Origin: an uncultured Eubacteriales bacterium
Lineage (GTDB): Bacteria; Bacillota; Clostridia; Oscillospirales; Acutalibacteraceae
Length of the DNA stretch: 64,000 nt
Assembly: GCA_934486915.1 (NCBI GenBank)
Contig: CAKSRC010000003.1
Location: forward strand, 2,208 to 66,207
Reading direction: 5' to 3'
In this document: one piece after another, positions 9,673 through 21,301 of the stretch
How positions within the stretch are numbered: position 1 is the first letter of the stretch
Layout of the letters: each line of letters starts with the position of its first letter
The notes under the pieces: generated by a model
The model's input: only the letters and a program-made list of their open reading frames with translations
What the model was told of the DNA's origin: nothing
Databases searched by the model: none
Position numbers and translations under genes: made by a program

Positions 9673-9700
9673 TTAAGGTTTATCTTTTCGTCTTTAACAA

Positions 9701-10756
<1,056 letters not shown>

Positions 10757-10852
10757 TTATATTATCTTAGAGATTATTACAATAGCTCAAGTACGAATTT
10801 TTAAAAATTCAAAATATAATAATAACCTATAAGTAATAATCCTTATTTAAAA

Positions 10853-11746
10853 CTACTTTTTCCTAATCATACTTTCTTCTGCCCTTGGGCTTCCATAAGC
10901 TTGATAGGTTTCCTGTTCATAATCATCGCTTACTTCACTTGCACTAGACAAACCAATCATCCTATATATAAGCATTAATATTATATATAGAGATATTAAA
11001 ATCATTGTAATAGATGATACTTGCAATGTCTTAGTATAGTACTGATAATTAAAAATAAACTGATATATATTTGGTAAAGCATAAACTATAGAAAAAATAA
11101 CTGCTGGTAAACCAAAAGCATATAACTTCTTGACTACATTATTATTTTCATCTAATACATATATCCTTGCATTGTATAAGAAAAATAAAGTTAAAAATGC
11201 ATTAGCAAGTATTGCTATCATTTCAGGGCTGCGATTTGACATAGCTCTATTATTCATAAATGAAATGCCAAGCTTGCAAGTTAACCAAATAGTAGGGAAC
11301 ATCATTAAAAACGGTATTTTCTCAAACAAGTTTTTGCCCTGCATATAACACATACCCATAATAAGAAATGCCGCACTCGCAGCAAAAGCTGTCATTAAAA
11401 GAACAACTGCCTGCATGGCAGAACCGCCTATATCAGCACTACCACTATATATTATATCCCTTATTGCTTCAAAAATAGTCGAAAGGGAAATTAAAAATAA
11501 GCTTGAACCTATCAAGTTATTTTTATGTATATTTATAGTTTCGTGTGATTTTTTCGAAAAAAGGGACATACATATTATTAACAAAGAAAAGAACATCATT
11601 ATATAAATAAATACACCCGTAATGAAGTTATCATTTGAATCAATCCCAAATAATTGGCCGCCCGTATTTATAACTTGATAAAACCTCATAGGTAAAGCAA
11701 TTATAAGAGACAATAAAAATGGTATCCATGTATATTTTAATTTCAT
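10853..11746 (-). CDS. polytopic membrane protein, unknown function
   Basis: About 8 hydrophobic segments. Start moved to ATG 11746 (MKLKYTWIPF...), preceded by RBS AGGGGGAG. Confidence 0.6.
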   Translation of the reverse strand: MKLKYTWIPFLLSLIIALPMRFYQVINTGGQLFGIDSNDNFITGVFIYIMMFFSLLIICMSLFSKKSHETINIHKNNLIGSSLFLISLSTIFEAIRDIIYSGSADIGGSAMQAVVLLMTAFAASAAFLIMGMCYMQGKNLFEKIPFLMMFPTIWLTCKLGISFMNNRAMSNRSPEMIAILANAFLTLFFLYNARIYVLDENNNVVKKLYAFGLPAVIFSIVYALPNIYQFIFNYQYYTKTLQVSSITMILISLYIILMLIYRMIGLSSASEVSDDYEQETYQAYGSPRAEESMIRKK

Positions 11747-11836
11747 AAAACTCCCCCTAAAAATTCGATTACAATTAATAAGTTTAAAGCAGAATAAGTT
11801 TAAAGTCAACAAATAAAACAAAAAGAGGTCTACTAA

Positions 11837-12850
11837 ATGAAAAATTCAATTTTACTTATTACTATGATATTTCTATCAATGATATTTATCCCTATTATTG
11901 CAGTAGCATCATCCCCATTTTTAAGTTCAAGGGAGCCTAATACTGAAATCCCTTCACCTTCCAAAGTTGAATGCTGCTTTAACAACAACCAAAAAGCCAC
12001 TACACATAAACAGCATGACCAAAATGGAGTATTTAAAGTTTTAGATAATGCAACTAACCAAGTAACATCCATTGATGAAGAGGATTTTATAATTCTTAGT
12101 GTTGCTACTGAAATGCCCCCTTCATTTGAAGACGAGGCCATAAAAGCTCAAGCAATTGCCGCTTATACATATTTTTGCCATTTGCGAGAAGAAAGTTCCA
12201 ATGACTATGATTTTTCAGTGGACAGTTCGACGTCAAATCTATACACCACTAAAGAAGCTCTAAAAGAAAAATGGAAGGATAACTTCGACACATACTATAA
12301 CAAATTTCAGTCTAATGTAGCAGATGTATTCGGTCTTAAAATAAAATATAACAACGAAACAATCGTAGCTACATACCACGCCATTTCCGGCGGAAATACT
12401 GAGGCTTCCCAAGATGTATTCGGCGGTCAAAGAAGCTACTTGGTTGCTGTCCCAAGCCCAGGCGATCTATTTGCGCCCAATTATCAAACTGCTTGCGAGT
12501 TTGCTCTTGAAGAATTTAAATCCCGACTAACTCAAAAATGGCCGGAAATCAGTCTAAACGATGACCCCTCAAGCTGGGTCACAGATATTCAAAGGACAGA
12601 ATCAGGAATGGTAAAAAATATAAAGATAGGTTCTATTGACACAAATGGAAGCGAAATTAGGAACCTTTTTTCTCTTAGATCCCCTAACTTCGATCTAAAA
12701 TATGAAGATAATAAATTCAAGTTTACCGTACGAGGCTACGGCCACGGCGTTGGCATGAGTCAATATGGGGCGGAATACATGGCAAAGCAAGGAGCTTCAT
12801 ATAAAGAGATTCTACTTTGGTATTATCCCGGTACGACCATAGAAAATTAA
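11837..12850 (+). CDS. spoIID: stage II sporulation protein D (lytic transglycosylase/amidase enhancer)
   Basis: N-terminal signal anchor, SpoIID domain with YHAISGGNTE and GYGHGVGMSQYGA. Confidence 0.9.
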   Translation: MKNSILLITMIFLSMIFIPIIAVASSPFLSSREPNTEIPSPSKVECCFNNNQKATTHKQHDQNGVFKVLDNATNQVTSIDEEDFIILSVATEMPPSFEDEAIKAQAIAAYTYFCHLREESSNDYDFSVDSSTSNLYTTKEALKEKWKDNFDTYYNKFQSNVADVFGLKIKYNNETIVATYHAISGGNTEASQDVFGGQRSYLVAVPSPGDLFAPNYQTACEFALEEFKSRLTQKWPEISLNDDPSSWVTDIQRTESGMVKNIKIGSIDTNGSEIRNLFSLRSPNFDLKYEDNKFKFTVRGYGHGVGMSQYGAEYMAKQGASYKEILLWYYPGTTIEN

Positions 12851-12860
12851 TTCCTGTACC

Positions 12861-13256
12861 CTAAACCGTAATTTCAATCCGGTTACCTTCTTCGTCTTGG
12901 ATGCAACTTTCGTAATACCCATCTCCGGTAGTTCTTGATGGACTTATCAGCTTATAACCGTCCTTAATTAATTTATCAGTAATCTCATCTACCTTTTCCT
13001 TACTTCCAACGCTAAATGCTATGTGAGAAAAGCCTACGGTTAATTGGACTTGAGCTGCATCCTTAATCTCTGGTCTCGTCATAATTTCAAGCCTTGCACC
13101 ACCCTCAAAATTTAAAAAATAAGACTTAAACCCCGTATTATAATTGCAATAAAGATTGCTTGATGTACACATAAAGTATTTTTCAAAAAATAGTCTTTGT
13201 TTCTCTAGGTCTCTTACATACATTGCTACATGCTCTATTCTCATATTAATACCCAA
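12861..13256 (-). CDS. VOC/glyoxalase family protein
   Basis: 131 aa; IEHVAMYVRDLE...HIAFSV...EGNRIEI beta-alpha-beta-beta-beta repeats. Start is TTG 13256 or ATG 13244. Confidence 0.75.
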   Translation of the reverse strand: MGINMRIEHVAMYVRDLEKQRLFFEKYFMCTSSNLYCNYNTGFKSYFLNFEGGARLEIMTRPEIKDAAQVQLTVGFSHIAFSVGSKEKVDEITDKLIKDGYKLISPSRTTGDGYYESCIQDEEGNRIEITV

Positions 13257-13258
13257 AT

Positions 13259-14851
13259 TTACCTATCTTTCTTAAACTCTAGGTACTCGTCATATGAGCC
13301 CATACGATCAATGATCCCATCTTTTGTGATTTCAATAATACGATTAGCAACTGTTTGAATAAATTCATGGTCATGCGAGGAAAAGACAACATTTCCCTTG
13401 AAGTTCACAAGACTATTGTTGACAGCTGTTATAGACTCAAGATCAAGATGGTTAGTAGGTTGATCCAAAAGTAATACATTAGAGCCAAAAAGCATCATCC
13501 TTGAGAACATACATCTAACCTTTTCTCCTCCTGAAAGGACATTTACAGGCTTAAATATGTCATCTCCCGAAAAAAGCATTCTTCCCAAAAATCCTCTTAG
13601 ATAAGTTTCTGTCGTGTCCTTTGAATACTGCCTTATCCAATCAAGTATGGTTAAATCAGATCCTGAAAAGAATTTAGTATTATCTTTAGGGAAATATGAC
13701 CTGCTTGTACTTACTCCCCACTTAAATTCTCCACTGTCAGGCTCTAAGTTTTCAGACAAAATTTCAAACAATGCAGTTACTGCTATCTCATTTTCGCTTA
13801 TAATGGCTACTTTATCACCCTTGTTTAAAGTAAAAGATACGTTGTTTAGTACCTTTTCCCCATCTATAGTCTTGGAAAGTGAATCTACCCTTAATATATC
13901 TTTTCCCGCTTCCCTATCCATTTGAAAGCCTATGAATGGGTATCTCCTGCTAGAAGCCGGCATTTCCTCTATCGTTATTTTTTCCAAAAGTTTTTTTCTT
14001 GATGTAGCCTGCTTTGATTTTGATTTATTGGCTGAGAATCGTTCTATAAAACTTTGGAGTTCCTTAATTTTTTCCTCTTTTTTCTGATTTTGTTGTTTAA
14101 TCATTCGCTGCATAAGTTGGCTTGATTCATACCAAAACTCATAGTTTCCCACATACATCTTTATCTTGGTATAATCTATATCAACTATGTGGGTACAAAC
14201 ATTATTTAAAAAGTGCCTGTCATGAGATACAACTATAACTGTACCCGGGTAATCCGCCAAAAAATCTTCAAGCCAATCTATTGCCGCAATGTCAAGATGG
14301 TTTGTAGGCTCATCCAAAAGAATAATATCAGGATTTCCAAAAAGAGCCTGAGCTAGAAGAACCTTAACCTTCTCCTTGCCTCCCAACGATGACATTTGAC
14401 TATATAAAATATCCTCGCTAAGGCCTAAACCTTGTATTATTTTAGAAGCGTCGGATTCAGCCTCCCAACCGTTTAATTGAGCAAACTCTGCTTCAAGCTC
14501 TGAAGCTAATATTCCATCTTCATCACTAAAATCCGGTTTTTGATATATTTCATCCTTTTGTTTCATAATATCATAAAGACGTTTGTTGCCCATTATAACA
14601 GTGTCTAATACACTAAACTCATCATAAGCATAATGATCCTGTTTTAATACGGACATCCTTACGTTTTCGGGGATAATTACCTCACCCGAAGACGGCTCCA
14701 ATTCGCCGCAAAGAATTTTCAAAAATGTAGATTTTCCCGCCCCGTTGGCTCCTATTATTCCATAACAATTTTCCGGTGTAAACTTTAAATTTACATCAGA
14801 AAATAGATTTGCACCGCTAAAATTGAGACTTAAATTAGATACTGTAATCAT
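13259..14851 (-). CDS. ABC-F family ATPase (two NBDs, no TM domain)
   Basis: 530 aa; two Walker A / signature sets (GANGAGKST, LSGGEKVR) with a charged inter-domain linker. Confidence 0.9.
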   Translation of the reverse strand: MITVSNLSLNFSGANLFSDVNLKFTPENCYGIIGANGAGKSTFLKILCGELEPSSGEVIIPENVRMSVLKQDHYAYDEFSVLDTVIMGNKRLYDIMKQKDEIYQKPDFSDEDGILASELEAEFAQLNGWEAESDASKIIQGLGLSEDILYSQMSSLGGKEKVKVLLAQALFGNPDIILLDEPTNHLDIAAIDWLEDFLADYPGTVIVVSHDRHFLNNVCTHIVDIDYTKIKMYVGNYEFWYESSQLMQRMIKQQNQKKEEKIKELQSFIERFSANKSKSKQATSRKKLLEKITIEEMPASSRRYPFIGFQMDREAGKDILRVDSLSKTIDGEKVLNNVSFTLNKGDKVAIISENEIAVTALFEILSENLEPDSGEFKWGVSTSRSYFPKDNTKFFSGSDLTILDWIRQYSKDTTETYLRGFLGRMLFSGDDIFKPVNVLSGGEKVRCMFSRMMLFGSNVLLLDQPTNHLDLESITAVNNSLVNFKGNVVFSSHDHEFIQTVANRIIEITKDGIIDRMGSYDEYLEFKKDR

Positions 14852-14995
14852 TTTTCCTCCATAAAATAAAAAAAGCCGGAAAATATCCTGCTCTTATAAA
14901 ATTTAATACTAAAACATTATAACATACATACTACCCAAAGTATATAATTGCAAAATCAAAAGTTTATTATTCACCCTTGATTACTTGTAAATTTA

Positions 14996-15024
14996 TTGAA
15001 AAAATGTAATTTATATGATATTAT
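14996..15024 (+). promoter_or_regulatory. sigma-A-type promoter driving structured leader + nrdR
   Basis: TTGAAA (14996-15001), 17-nt spacer, TATTAT (15019-15024). Confidence 0.55.
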
Positions 15025-15173
15025 TTAAATTGGTGTAATGTTCTGCTTTGCTTGCAAGAGGTACAAAGGGAGCATTAGCTCCTTAGAGGTTCAGTTGGAA
15101 ATCAGATCTCCCATTGAAACTATGTAACGGATCCCAACGTTTAAGAGGCGGGGCATCTGCGCTATGATTATAT
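15023..15173 (+). repeat. structured dispersed element, copy A (candidate leader RNA of nrdR; short variant)
   Basis: Shares with the other four copies: TTGCAAG, GGAGCATTAGCTCC hairpin, TTAG, GTTCAGTTGG...CCCATTGAAAC hairpin, GGA.C, a CCC..CG-TTAAGA-GGCGGGG hairpin, CATCTGC and GATTATAT. Confidence 0.85.
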
Positions 15174-15201
15174 GAATACTATAGGTGGTGAATAAAGTAA
15201 T

Positions 15202-15660
15202 ATGAAATGCCCTTATTGTGGATTTGAAGAAAGTAAAGTTATGGATTCCAGACCCGCGGAAGACGGCGAAAAAATCAGGAGACGCAGGGAATGCGGAAAT
15301 TGTAAAAAAAGATTTACGACTTATGAAGCGATTGAAAATATACCTATTATGGTAATTAAAAAAGATAAATCAAGAGAGCCTTTTGATCGTAATAAACTTT
15401 TAAACGGTATTTTGAAATCCTGTGAAAAACGTCCTGTCTCGATAAACGATATCGAAAAGATAGTCGACGACATAGAGTATGATTTGCAAAACTCGCTGGA
15501 AAACCGAGAAATTTCCTCATCTGACATTGGAATATACGCAATGGATGCTCTCAAAGAAATAGATGAAGTTTCATATGTGCGTTTTGCATCAGTATATAGG
15601 CAATTTAAGGATATAAACACATTTATGGAAGAATTAAGTAAACTTCTTAACGGCAAGTAA
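15202..15660 (+). CDS. nrdR: transcriptional repressor NrdR
   Basis: MKCPYCG...Zn ribbon (CxxC...CxxC) plus ATP-cone. Confidence 0.95.
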   Translation: MKCPYCGFEESKVMDSRPAEDGEKIRRRRECGNCKKRFTTYEAIENIPIMVIKKDKSREPFDRNKLLNGILKSCEKRPVSINDIEKIVDDIEYDLQNSLENREISSSDIGIYAMDALKEIDEVSYVRFASVYRQFKDINTFMEELSKLLNGK

Positions 15661-15702
15661 TCAATGCTTATATATTATTTATTATTCTCTTTAACAAAGT
15701 AT

Positions 15703-15742
15703 AAAACCGAGTATTGAAAAACTCCATACTCGGTTTTATTTT
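15703..15742. terminator. bidirectional terminator between nrdR and Rrf2 gene
   Basis: AAAACCGAGTAT / ATACTCGGTTTT stem with A/T runs on both sides. Confidence 0.8.
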
Positions 15743-15756
15743 ATTCTTATTACTCA

Positions 15757-16134
15757 TTAAGAAAAGTTAACTTCATCAAGCTTTTGCCTAACCATTAAAG
15801 AAATCTCATTATAGACCTTATTAAACTTGCAGCTGGTGTGACCACAAGGGTAATCTTTGTCTACACACCTGCTTATGCAGTACGGTCCCTCGACTGATTC
15901 AATAACCTGCCTTAATGTAATCTCATTTGGAGGTCTTTTTAAAATATATCCGCCCTTTGCTCCTTTAAATGAACTTACAATATCATTAGAAACAAGCTTT
16001 CTTAATATTTTAAGCGCAAATCTAAGAGGTACTGACGTATTTTCTGCAATAGATGATGCGTCTTTTTTTTCTTTGCATGATGCTAAAAATTCTACAATTC
16101 TAACAGCATAATCTGCTTCTAATGTAATGTGCAA
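15757..16134 (-). CDS. Rrf2 family transcriptional regulator
   Basis: 125 aa; winged-HTH N-terminus (DYAVRIV..LA) and C-terminal Cys cluster CISRC...C....C. Confidence 0.85.
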   Translation of the reverse strand: MHITLEADYAVRIVEFLASCKEKKDASSIAENTSVPLRFALKILRKLVSNDIVSSFKGAKGGYILKRPPNEITLRQVIESVEGPYCISRCVDKDYPCGHTSCKFNKVYNEISLMVRQKLDEVNFS

Positions 16135-16148
16135 TTATAAAATCCCCT

Positions 16149-17240
16149 TTATTCAAGAAAATCCTTTAACTTTTTACTTCTGCTTGGATGTCTAAGTTTT
16201 CTAAGAGCCTTAGCTTCTATTTGCCTAATTCTCTCGCGAGTGACATTAAACTCTTTTCCAACTTCCTCTAAAGTCCTTGCTCTGCCGTCTACCAAACCAA
16301 AACGAAGTCTTAGAACCTTTTCTTCCCTTGGTGTTAATGTGTCTAAAACATTATCAAGCTGTTCCCTTAAAAACGTTTGAGCAGCCGCATCGACCGGTGC
16401 AGGAGAATCATCATCGGGTATAAAATCGCCTAAGTGGCTGTCTTCTTCTTCGCCTATAGGTGTCTCAAGCGAAACAGGTTCTTGAGCCGATCTAATAACT
16501 TCCCTTACCTTTTCTGCAGGTAGGTCAAGCTCTTCTGCAATTTCTTCAATGCTTGGTTCATGTCCATTGGTGTGAAGAAGCTGATTAGATACCTTCTTTA
16601 CTTTATTTATGGTTTCAACCATATGAACGGGTATCCTAATAGTTCTTGCTTGGTCTGCTATAGCCCTTGTGATGGATTGCCTTATCCACCATGTTGCATA
16701 AGTTGAGAACTTAAATCCCTTTGTATAATCAAATTTTTCCACAGCCTTGATAAGTCCTAAGTTTCCTTCTTGAATCAAGTCCAAGAACTGCATTCCTCTT
16801 CCCAAATATCTTTTTGCGATACTTACTACAAGTCTTAAATTAGATTCTGAAAGCTTTTGCTTTGCTTTTTGGTCGCCATTTGAAATCCTAATTGCAAGAT
16901 CGATTTCCTCTTTTGAACTAAGTAAAGGGACAATTCCTATTTCTTTTAAATATACTTTTACAGGGTCATCAACTGAAACAGAATTATATACCAATGGTTT
17001 ATTGGAGCCATCACCTGTCATGAAATCTATATCGTCAAGCCCATCATCTACAAAATTATCTATTATTTCAACGCCGCTGTTTTCTAATGAGTCATAAAAA
17101 TTCTCTATTTGTTCCGGATCAAAATCCAATTCACCCATAGCATCCAAAATCTCCTGGGTAGATATATGGCCATTTGCCTTGCCCATATCCATTAGGTCTT
17201 TGATTACCTGTCTTTTTTGCGTTATTTGATTAATTTCCAT
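16149..17240 (-). CDS. rpoD: RNA polymerase primary sigma factor
   Basis: Regions 1.1-4.2 are present; [26 protein letters not shown]. Confidence 0.95.
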   Translation of the reverse strand: MEINQITQKRQVIKDLMDMGKANGHISTQEILDAMGELDFDPEQIENFYDSLENSGVEIIDNFVDDGLDDIDFMTGDGSNKPLVYNSVSVDDPVKVYLKEIGIVPLLSSKEEIDLAIRISNGDQKAKQKLSESNLRLVVSIAKRYLGRGMQFLDLIQEGNLGLIKAVEKFDYTKGFKFSTYATWWIRQSITRAIADQARTIRIPVHMVETINKVKKVSNQLLHTNGHEPSIEEIAEELDLPAEKVREVIRSAQEPVSLETPIGEEEDSHLGDFIPDDDSPAPVDAAAQTFLREQLDNVLDTLTPREEKVLRLRFGLVDGRARTLEEVGKEFNVTRERIRQIEAKALRKLRHPSRSKKLKDFLE

Positions 17241-17253
17241 TAAAATTTGCCCC

Positions 17254-19020
17254 CTACTGTTTTAGCTCCTTAAGCTTATCAAAATATTCCTTAATATCTT
17301 TAATATCACTATTTGCGGCATCGCTTAATGATATTTTTTCCTTCTCATCTAAAATAACTTTTATATATTCATCTACAACTATATCATTGTTTTCACATTC
17401 AATATAAGAAGAAAGCATTTTTGCTATTCTTCCCATTTCTTTGATTGAAAAATCATTAGAAAGACTTGTAAGATTTAAATTCATATTATTTTTTACTTTA
17501 TCTATAATTATATTATAAACTCGACGATTAAAATCTGTCAAAAAATCATCGGGCCTTAACCTTGAACTTATATTATTAACCTTTTGAGGATTGTTTATAA
17601 GATAAGAGATAACTGCCTCTTCTGCATGAGCGGCTCTAAGATTATCCCTTTTTTGAGGATTTATATCATCCTTTAGCGATGATAGCTCCGTTTGTATATA
17701 TTTAAATTCCTTTTTAACATCTTTTTTTCTATTATTCTTTACTAACTTTTCTATTTGAAAAGTAATAGCGGATTTATCTATATCTAATTCTTCACTTATT
17801 TTTCCTGCATATACTTCCCTTTCCAATCGATTATTTATATTGGCAAGCATTTTTACAGCTTCATTAACATACCTTACCTTACCTTCTGGGCTTTGTAAAT
17901 CACAATTAAGCTTTATCTTTTTTAAAGAGTATTCTATATCATTAGAAGATTTTTCTAAAAGCTGCTTAAACCTTGCTGCCCCGTTTTCCCCATATGACTT
18001 TATATATTCATCTGGGTCTTTTCCGCTTGGTATTGTCAAAACTTTTACTAAAAGCTCAGTATCTCTAAACATAGATATTGCTCTAGCTGTCGCCTTTTGA
18101 CCGGCTTGATCTGCATCATAAGCAATTATTACTTCCTTGGTATATCGTGAAATAATATTTACTTGCTCCCTTGTAAGGGATGTCCCCAAAGTTGCAACGG
18201 TATTTTCAAATCCCGCTTGATGAAGAGCAATGACATCCATATAACCTTCGGCAAGTATAATTTTATCTTTACAAAAATTTTTCGCAAAATTCAAAGCAAA
18301 TAGATTATAATGTTTTTTAAACACGGGAGTATCCGCAGTATTTAGATACTTAGGTTTTATGTCGCTTAATACTCTCCCGCCAAACGCTATCACATTTCCC
18401 CTTAAATCTATTATAGGAAACATAACTCTACCAAAAAAGCGGTCTATAACCACACCGTTTCGACTTTTTATCGCTAAATTTGCTTCTAAAAGCTCTTCGT
18501 TTGTAAACCCCTTTGAAGTAAGATAATTTACTAAATTAAATCTTGAATCGGCCGCATAACCCAAACCAAAATGTTTGATTGTTTTATCACTAAGTCCCCT
18601 GCTTTTAAAATAGTTATATCCCTCTTTGGATTTAGCGTCATAGAGATTATAATGATAATACCTTGCAGCCTCACGATTTGCTTCGTATATTCTCTTTTTC
18701 AATTTCGACAAGCCATCTTCCCTATTATCAATAGGGACCTCAAGCCCAGCTCTTTGAGCTAAAAATTTTACTGCATCTATATAGTCAAGGTTCTCAATCA
18801 TCCTAATAAAGGTAATGACATCTCCGCCTACGCCACACCCAAAGCAATAAAAAGAACCGCTTTGAGGGTATAAATTAAAGGATGGAGTTTTTTCTCCATG
18901 GAACGGACAAAGCCCCACCATGTTTCTGCCATGCCTTTTTAAACTTACATAGCTTGAAACAACATCAACAATATCGCTTCTAAGTTTTAATTCATCCATA
19001 AAAGAATCGGGCAATGGCAT
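17254..19020 (-). CDS. dnaG: DNA primase
   Basis: Zn finger [11 protein letters not shown]...CFGCG, TOPRIM EGYMDV...DAD. Confidence 0.95.
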   Translation of the reverse strand: MPLPDSFMDELKLRSDIVDVVSSYVSLKRHGRNMVGLCPFHGEKTPSFNLYPQSGSFYCFGCGVGGDVITFIRMIENLDYIDAVKFLAQRAGLEVPIDNREDGLSKLKKRIYEANREAARYYHYNLYDAKSKEGYNYFKSRGLSDKTIKHFGLGYAADSRFNLVNYLTSKGFTNEELLEANLAIKSRNGVVIDRFFGRVMFPIIDLRGNVIAFGGRVLSDIKPKYLNTADTPVFKKHYNLFALNFAKNFCKDKIILAEGYMDVIALHQAGFENTVATLGTSLTREQVNIISRYTKEVIIAYDADQAGQKATARAISMFRDTELLVKVLTIPSGKDPDEYIKSYGENGAARFKQLLEKSSNDIEYSLKKIKLNCDLQSPEGKVRYVNEAVKMLANINNRLEREVYAGKISEELDIDKSAITFQIEKLVKNNRKKDVKKEFKYIQTELSSLKDDINPQKRDNLRAAHAEEAVISYLINNPQKVNNISSRLRPDDFLTDFNRRVYNIIIDKVKNNMNLNLTSLSNDFSIKEMGRIAKMLSSYIECENNDIVVDEYIKVILDEKEKISLSDAANSDIKDIKEYFDKLKELKQ

Positions 19021-19035
19021 ACTTTTTCATCTCCT

Positions 19036-20031
19036 TTATATACCCCAAGACCGTGGAATAAATATATTTTTAAATGTATCTACTGCAAATTTGTCAGTCA
19101 TACCGGCAATATAATCGCATACCGCACGGTTAGGATCCTCTTCTTTAGCTATCACTTGAAGATCATAAGGTAATTCATTTAAATTATCCATAAAGTGACG
19201 ATATAAACTTTCTACTAAATAAGGGACCTTCTTTTCCTGCGTTTTACGGTCCGAATTATAAACATTAGCATACATAAAGCTATGAAGATCATCAAAAGCT
19301 TTTTGAATCTGCTCATCCATCAACAAAACATCATCATGACTAAAGCTTATAAGTGAATTTATCAACTTGTTAATCCTTTGTTTTCTTGTTTTTCCAAGCA
19401 CTTTAAGTATATCACTAGGGATATCTTCTTCATTAAGTATTCCTGCTCTCTCAGCATCGTCAACATCATGATTTATGTAGGCTATTCTATCGGCTATCTT
19501 AACAATTCTTCCTTCTACTGTGAAAGCCTCTTCTCCCCTTGTATGGCACAATATCCCATTTAAGACTTCCTTTGTAAGATTAAGCCCCTTTAGCCCATTT
19601 TCAAGCCTTTCGACAACTCTTACACTTTGTTCAAAATGCTTAAATCCACTGGGGGATATCTCATTAAGAGCTGCCTCGCCCGTATGGCCAAACGGTGTGT
19701 GCCCCAAATCATGGGCAAGAGAAATTGCCTCGGTAAGATCTTCATTAAAACGAAGAGCCCTTGCAATTGTCCTGGCTATTTGTGAAACTTCCAAGGTATG
19801 AGTGAGCCTTGTTCTATAGTGATCCCCTTCCGGCGAAAGGAAAACTTGAGTTTTATGTTTTAATCTTCTAAATGCCTTACTATGTATAACTCTATCACGG
19901 TCTCTTTGATATTCCGTTCTAATCTCGCACTTTTCCTGATATTGCTTTCTTCCTAATGTATTTTTAGAAAAGGAAGCATATGGAGATAATATTTTTAGTT
20001 CCAAATTTTCAGTGTATTCTCTTATATTCAA
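19036..20031 (-). CDS. dGTP triphosphohydrolase-like HD-domain protein
   Basis: RTRLTHTLEVSQIAR...AHDLGHTPFGH; conserved position upstream of dnaG-rpoD. Confidence 0.85.
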   Translation of the reverse strand: MNIREYTENLELKILSPYASFSKNTLGRKQYQEKCEIRTEYQRDRDRVIHSKAFRRLKHKTQVFLSPEGDHYRTRLTHTLEVSQIARTIARALRFNEDLTEAISLAHDLGHTPFGHTGEAALNEISPSGFKHFEQSVRVVERLENGLKGLNLTKEVLNGILCHTRGEEAFTVEGRIVKIADRIAYINHDVDDAERAGILNEEDIPSDILKVLGKTRKQRINKLINSLISFSHDDVLLMDEQIQKAFDDLHSFMYANVYNSDRKTQEKKVPYLVESLYRHFMDNLNELPYDLQVIAKEEDPNRAVCDYIAGMTDKFAVDTFKNIFIPRSWGI

Positions 20032-20192
20032 AATATCAACCTCCTAAAAATAGAAAAACATACTCATTATATATTATACAATATATCAATCAAAAAGTGA
20101 TTGATTTTTTTTAAAAAAGTCTTTTTCGGCATAAGAAATTAAAAAAACAATATATAATAGAATTTTTAATATAAAACGCTCCAAAATAAAGG

Positions 20193-20813
20193 CTATACTT
20201 CAAAAAAATTCTCACCTAAAACCTCAGGCGATACTTTTCCTGAAGTTATCTCTGACAAATCGGCAAAAAATTTACCTATTTCCTCTTCTAAAATACAAAA
20301 CTCTATATTAACCTTGTCAAGGAAATCTTCCTTTATAATTTTAGATGTATAAGAAGATATCAATGCATTTATTTTTCCATACTCAAAGTACTCTAAATTA
20401 AGTTTTAAAATCCTGCACTTTCTCATAGTAATTATCTTTGCAGCATCGACAGCCATTTTAGCACTATGTGAATATGCCCTTACAAGGCCGCCGGCCCCTA
20501 AAAGTATCCCGCCAAAATATCTCGTGACAACTACTGCAGCATTTACAATGCCACTTTTTTTTAGGACATCCAAGACAGGAACCCCCGCCGTACCCTGCGG
20601 TTCACCATCATCGGAATATCTCATAATATTTTGATCCTTTATAATATAAGCATAGACATTATGGGTTGCATTCCAATATTTTTCTCTTTTTTGAGTTATA
20701 AAGGCTATTGCCTCTGCTTCAGACTGCACAGGCATTGCAGCTCCAATAAATTTTGATCTCTTTTCTATAAATTCTTCACAGGATTCAATTTTAATAGTCT
20801 TATATGATCCCAC
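20193..20813 (-). CDS. yigZ: YigZ/IMPACT family protein
   Basis: 206 aa; KSKFIG...HNVYAY...DDGEPQGTAG.P.L. Confidence 0.8.
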   Translation of the reverse strand: MGSYKTIKIESCEEFIEKRSKFIGAAMPVQSEAEAIAFITQKREKYWNATHNVYAYIIKDQNIMRYSDDGEPQGTAGVPVLDVLKKSGIVNAAVVVTRYFGGILLGAGGLVRAYSHSAKMAVDAAKIITMRKCRILKLNLEYFEYGKINALISSYTSKIIKEDFLDKVNIEFCILEEEIGKFFADLSEITSGKVSPEVLGENFFEV

Positions 20814-20890
20814 ACTACCATCCTTTTAATACACTTTCATTCTAAAAGTGTTTACTGCGCAAGGAAAATTAATACAGCTTACCTAACAAA

Positions 20891-20925
20891 AAGCAAAAAG
20901 GCAGTGCATAACTGCACAGCCTTTT
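20891..20925 (-). terminator. rho-independent terminator after rpmE
   Basis: AAAAGGCTGTGCA-GTTA-TGCACTGCCTTTT followed by a T-run on the minus strand. Confidence 0.8.
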
Positions 20926-20947
20926 AATCACTAATAACCACAAGTCA

Positions 20948-21154
20948 TTATTTATTTCCGATGCCGTAACGCTTTTTAAATCTGTCTACACGTCCGCCAG
21001 TATCAACGAGCTTTTGTTTGCCGGTGAAAAACGGATGGCATTTAGAGCATATTTCTACACGAATATTGCTTTTTGTTGAACCTGTTTCGATTACGTTACC
21101 ACAAGCACAAGTGATTGTAGTTTTTTCGTACTTTGGATGTATGTTTTCTTTCAT
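20948..21154 (-). CDS. rpmE: 50S ribosomal protein L31 (Zn-binding type A)
   Basis: MKENIHPKY...CACGN...[13 protein letters not shown]. Confidence 0.95.
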   Translation of the reverse strand: MKENIHPKYEKTTITCACGNVIETGSTKSNIRVEICSKCHPFFTGKQKLVDTGGRVDRFKKRYGIGNK

Positions 21155-21301
21155 GTTATCACCTCTTTCGCTGAAACTGTAAACATTAACACTAGAATTA
21201 TATCATAGTCAAAAGAAAATTTCAAGATCAAATTATCATAAGTTTAAATTTTAGCAATATATTATATTGAGTTATAATATTTGTAAAATATATTATTAAA
21301 A

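Noticed and set aside
11833-12141. 102-aa ORF antisense to the 5' part of spoIID.
   Set aside because: It is a shadow ORF inside a well-supported gene and has no RBS.
19036-20031. dGTPase-like gene, and the dCMP deaminase at 57603-58091, as nucleotide-depletion anti-phage defence genes.
   Set aside because: The dGTPase sits in the conserved dgt-dnaG-rpoD housekeeping operon. The deaminase is a small ComEB-type dCMP deaminase. There is no defence-island context.
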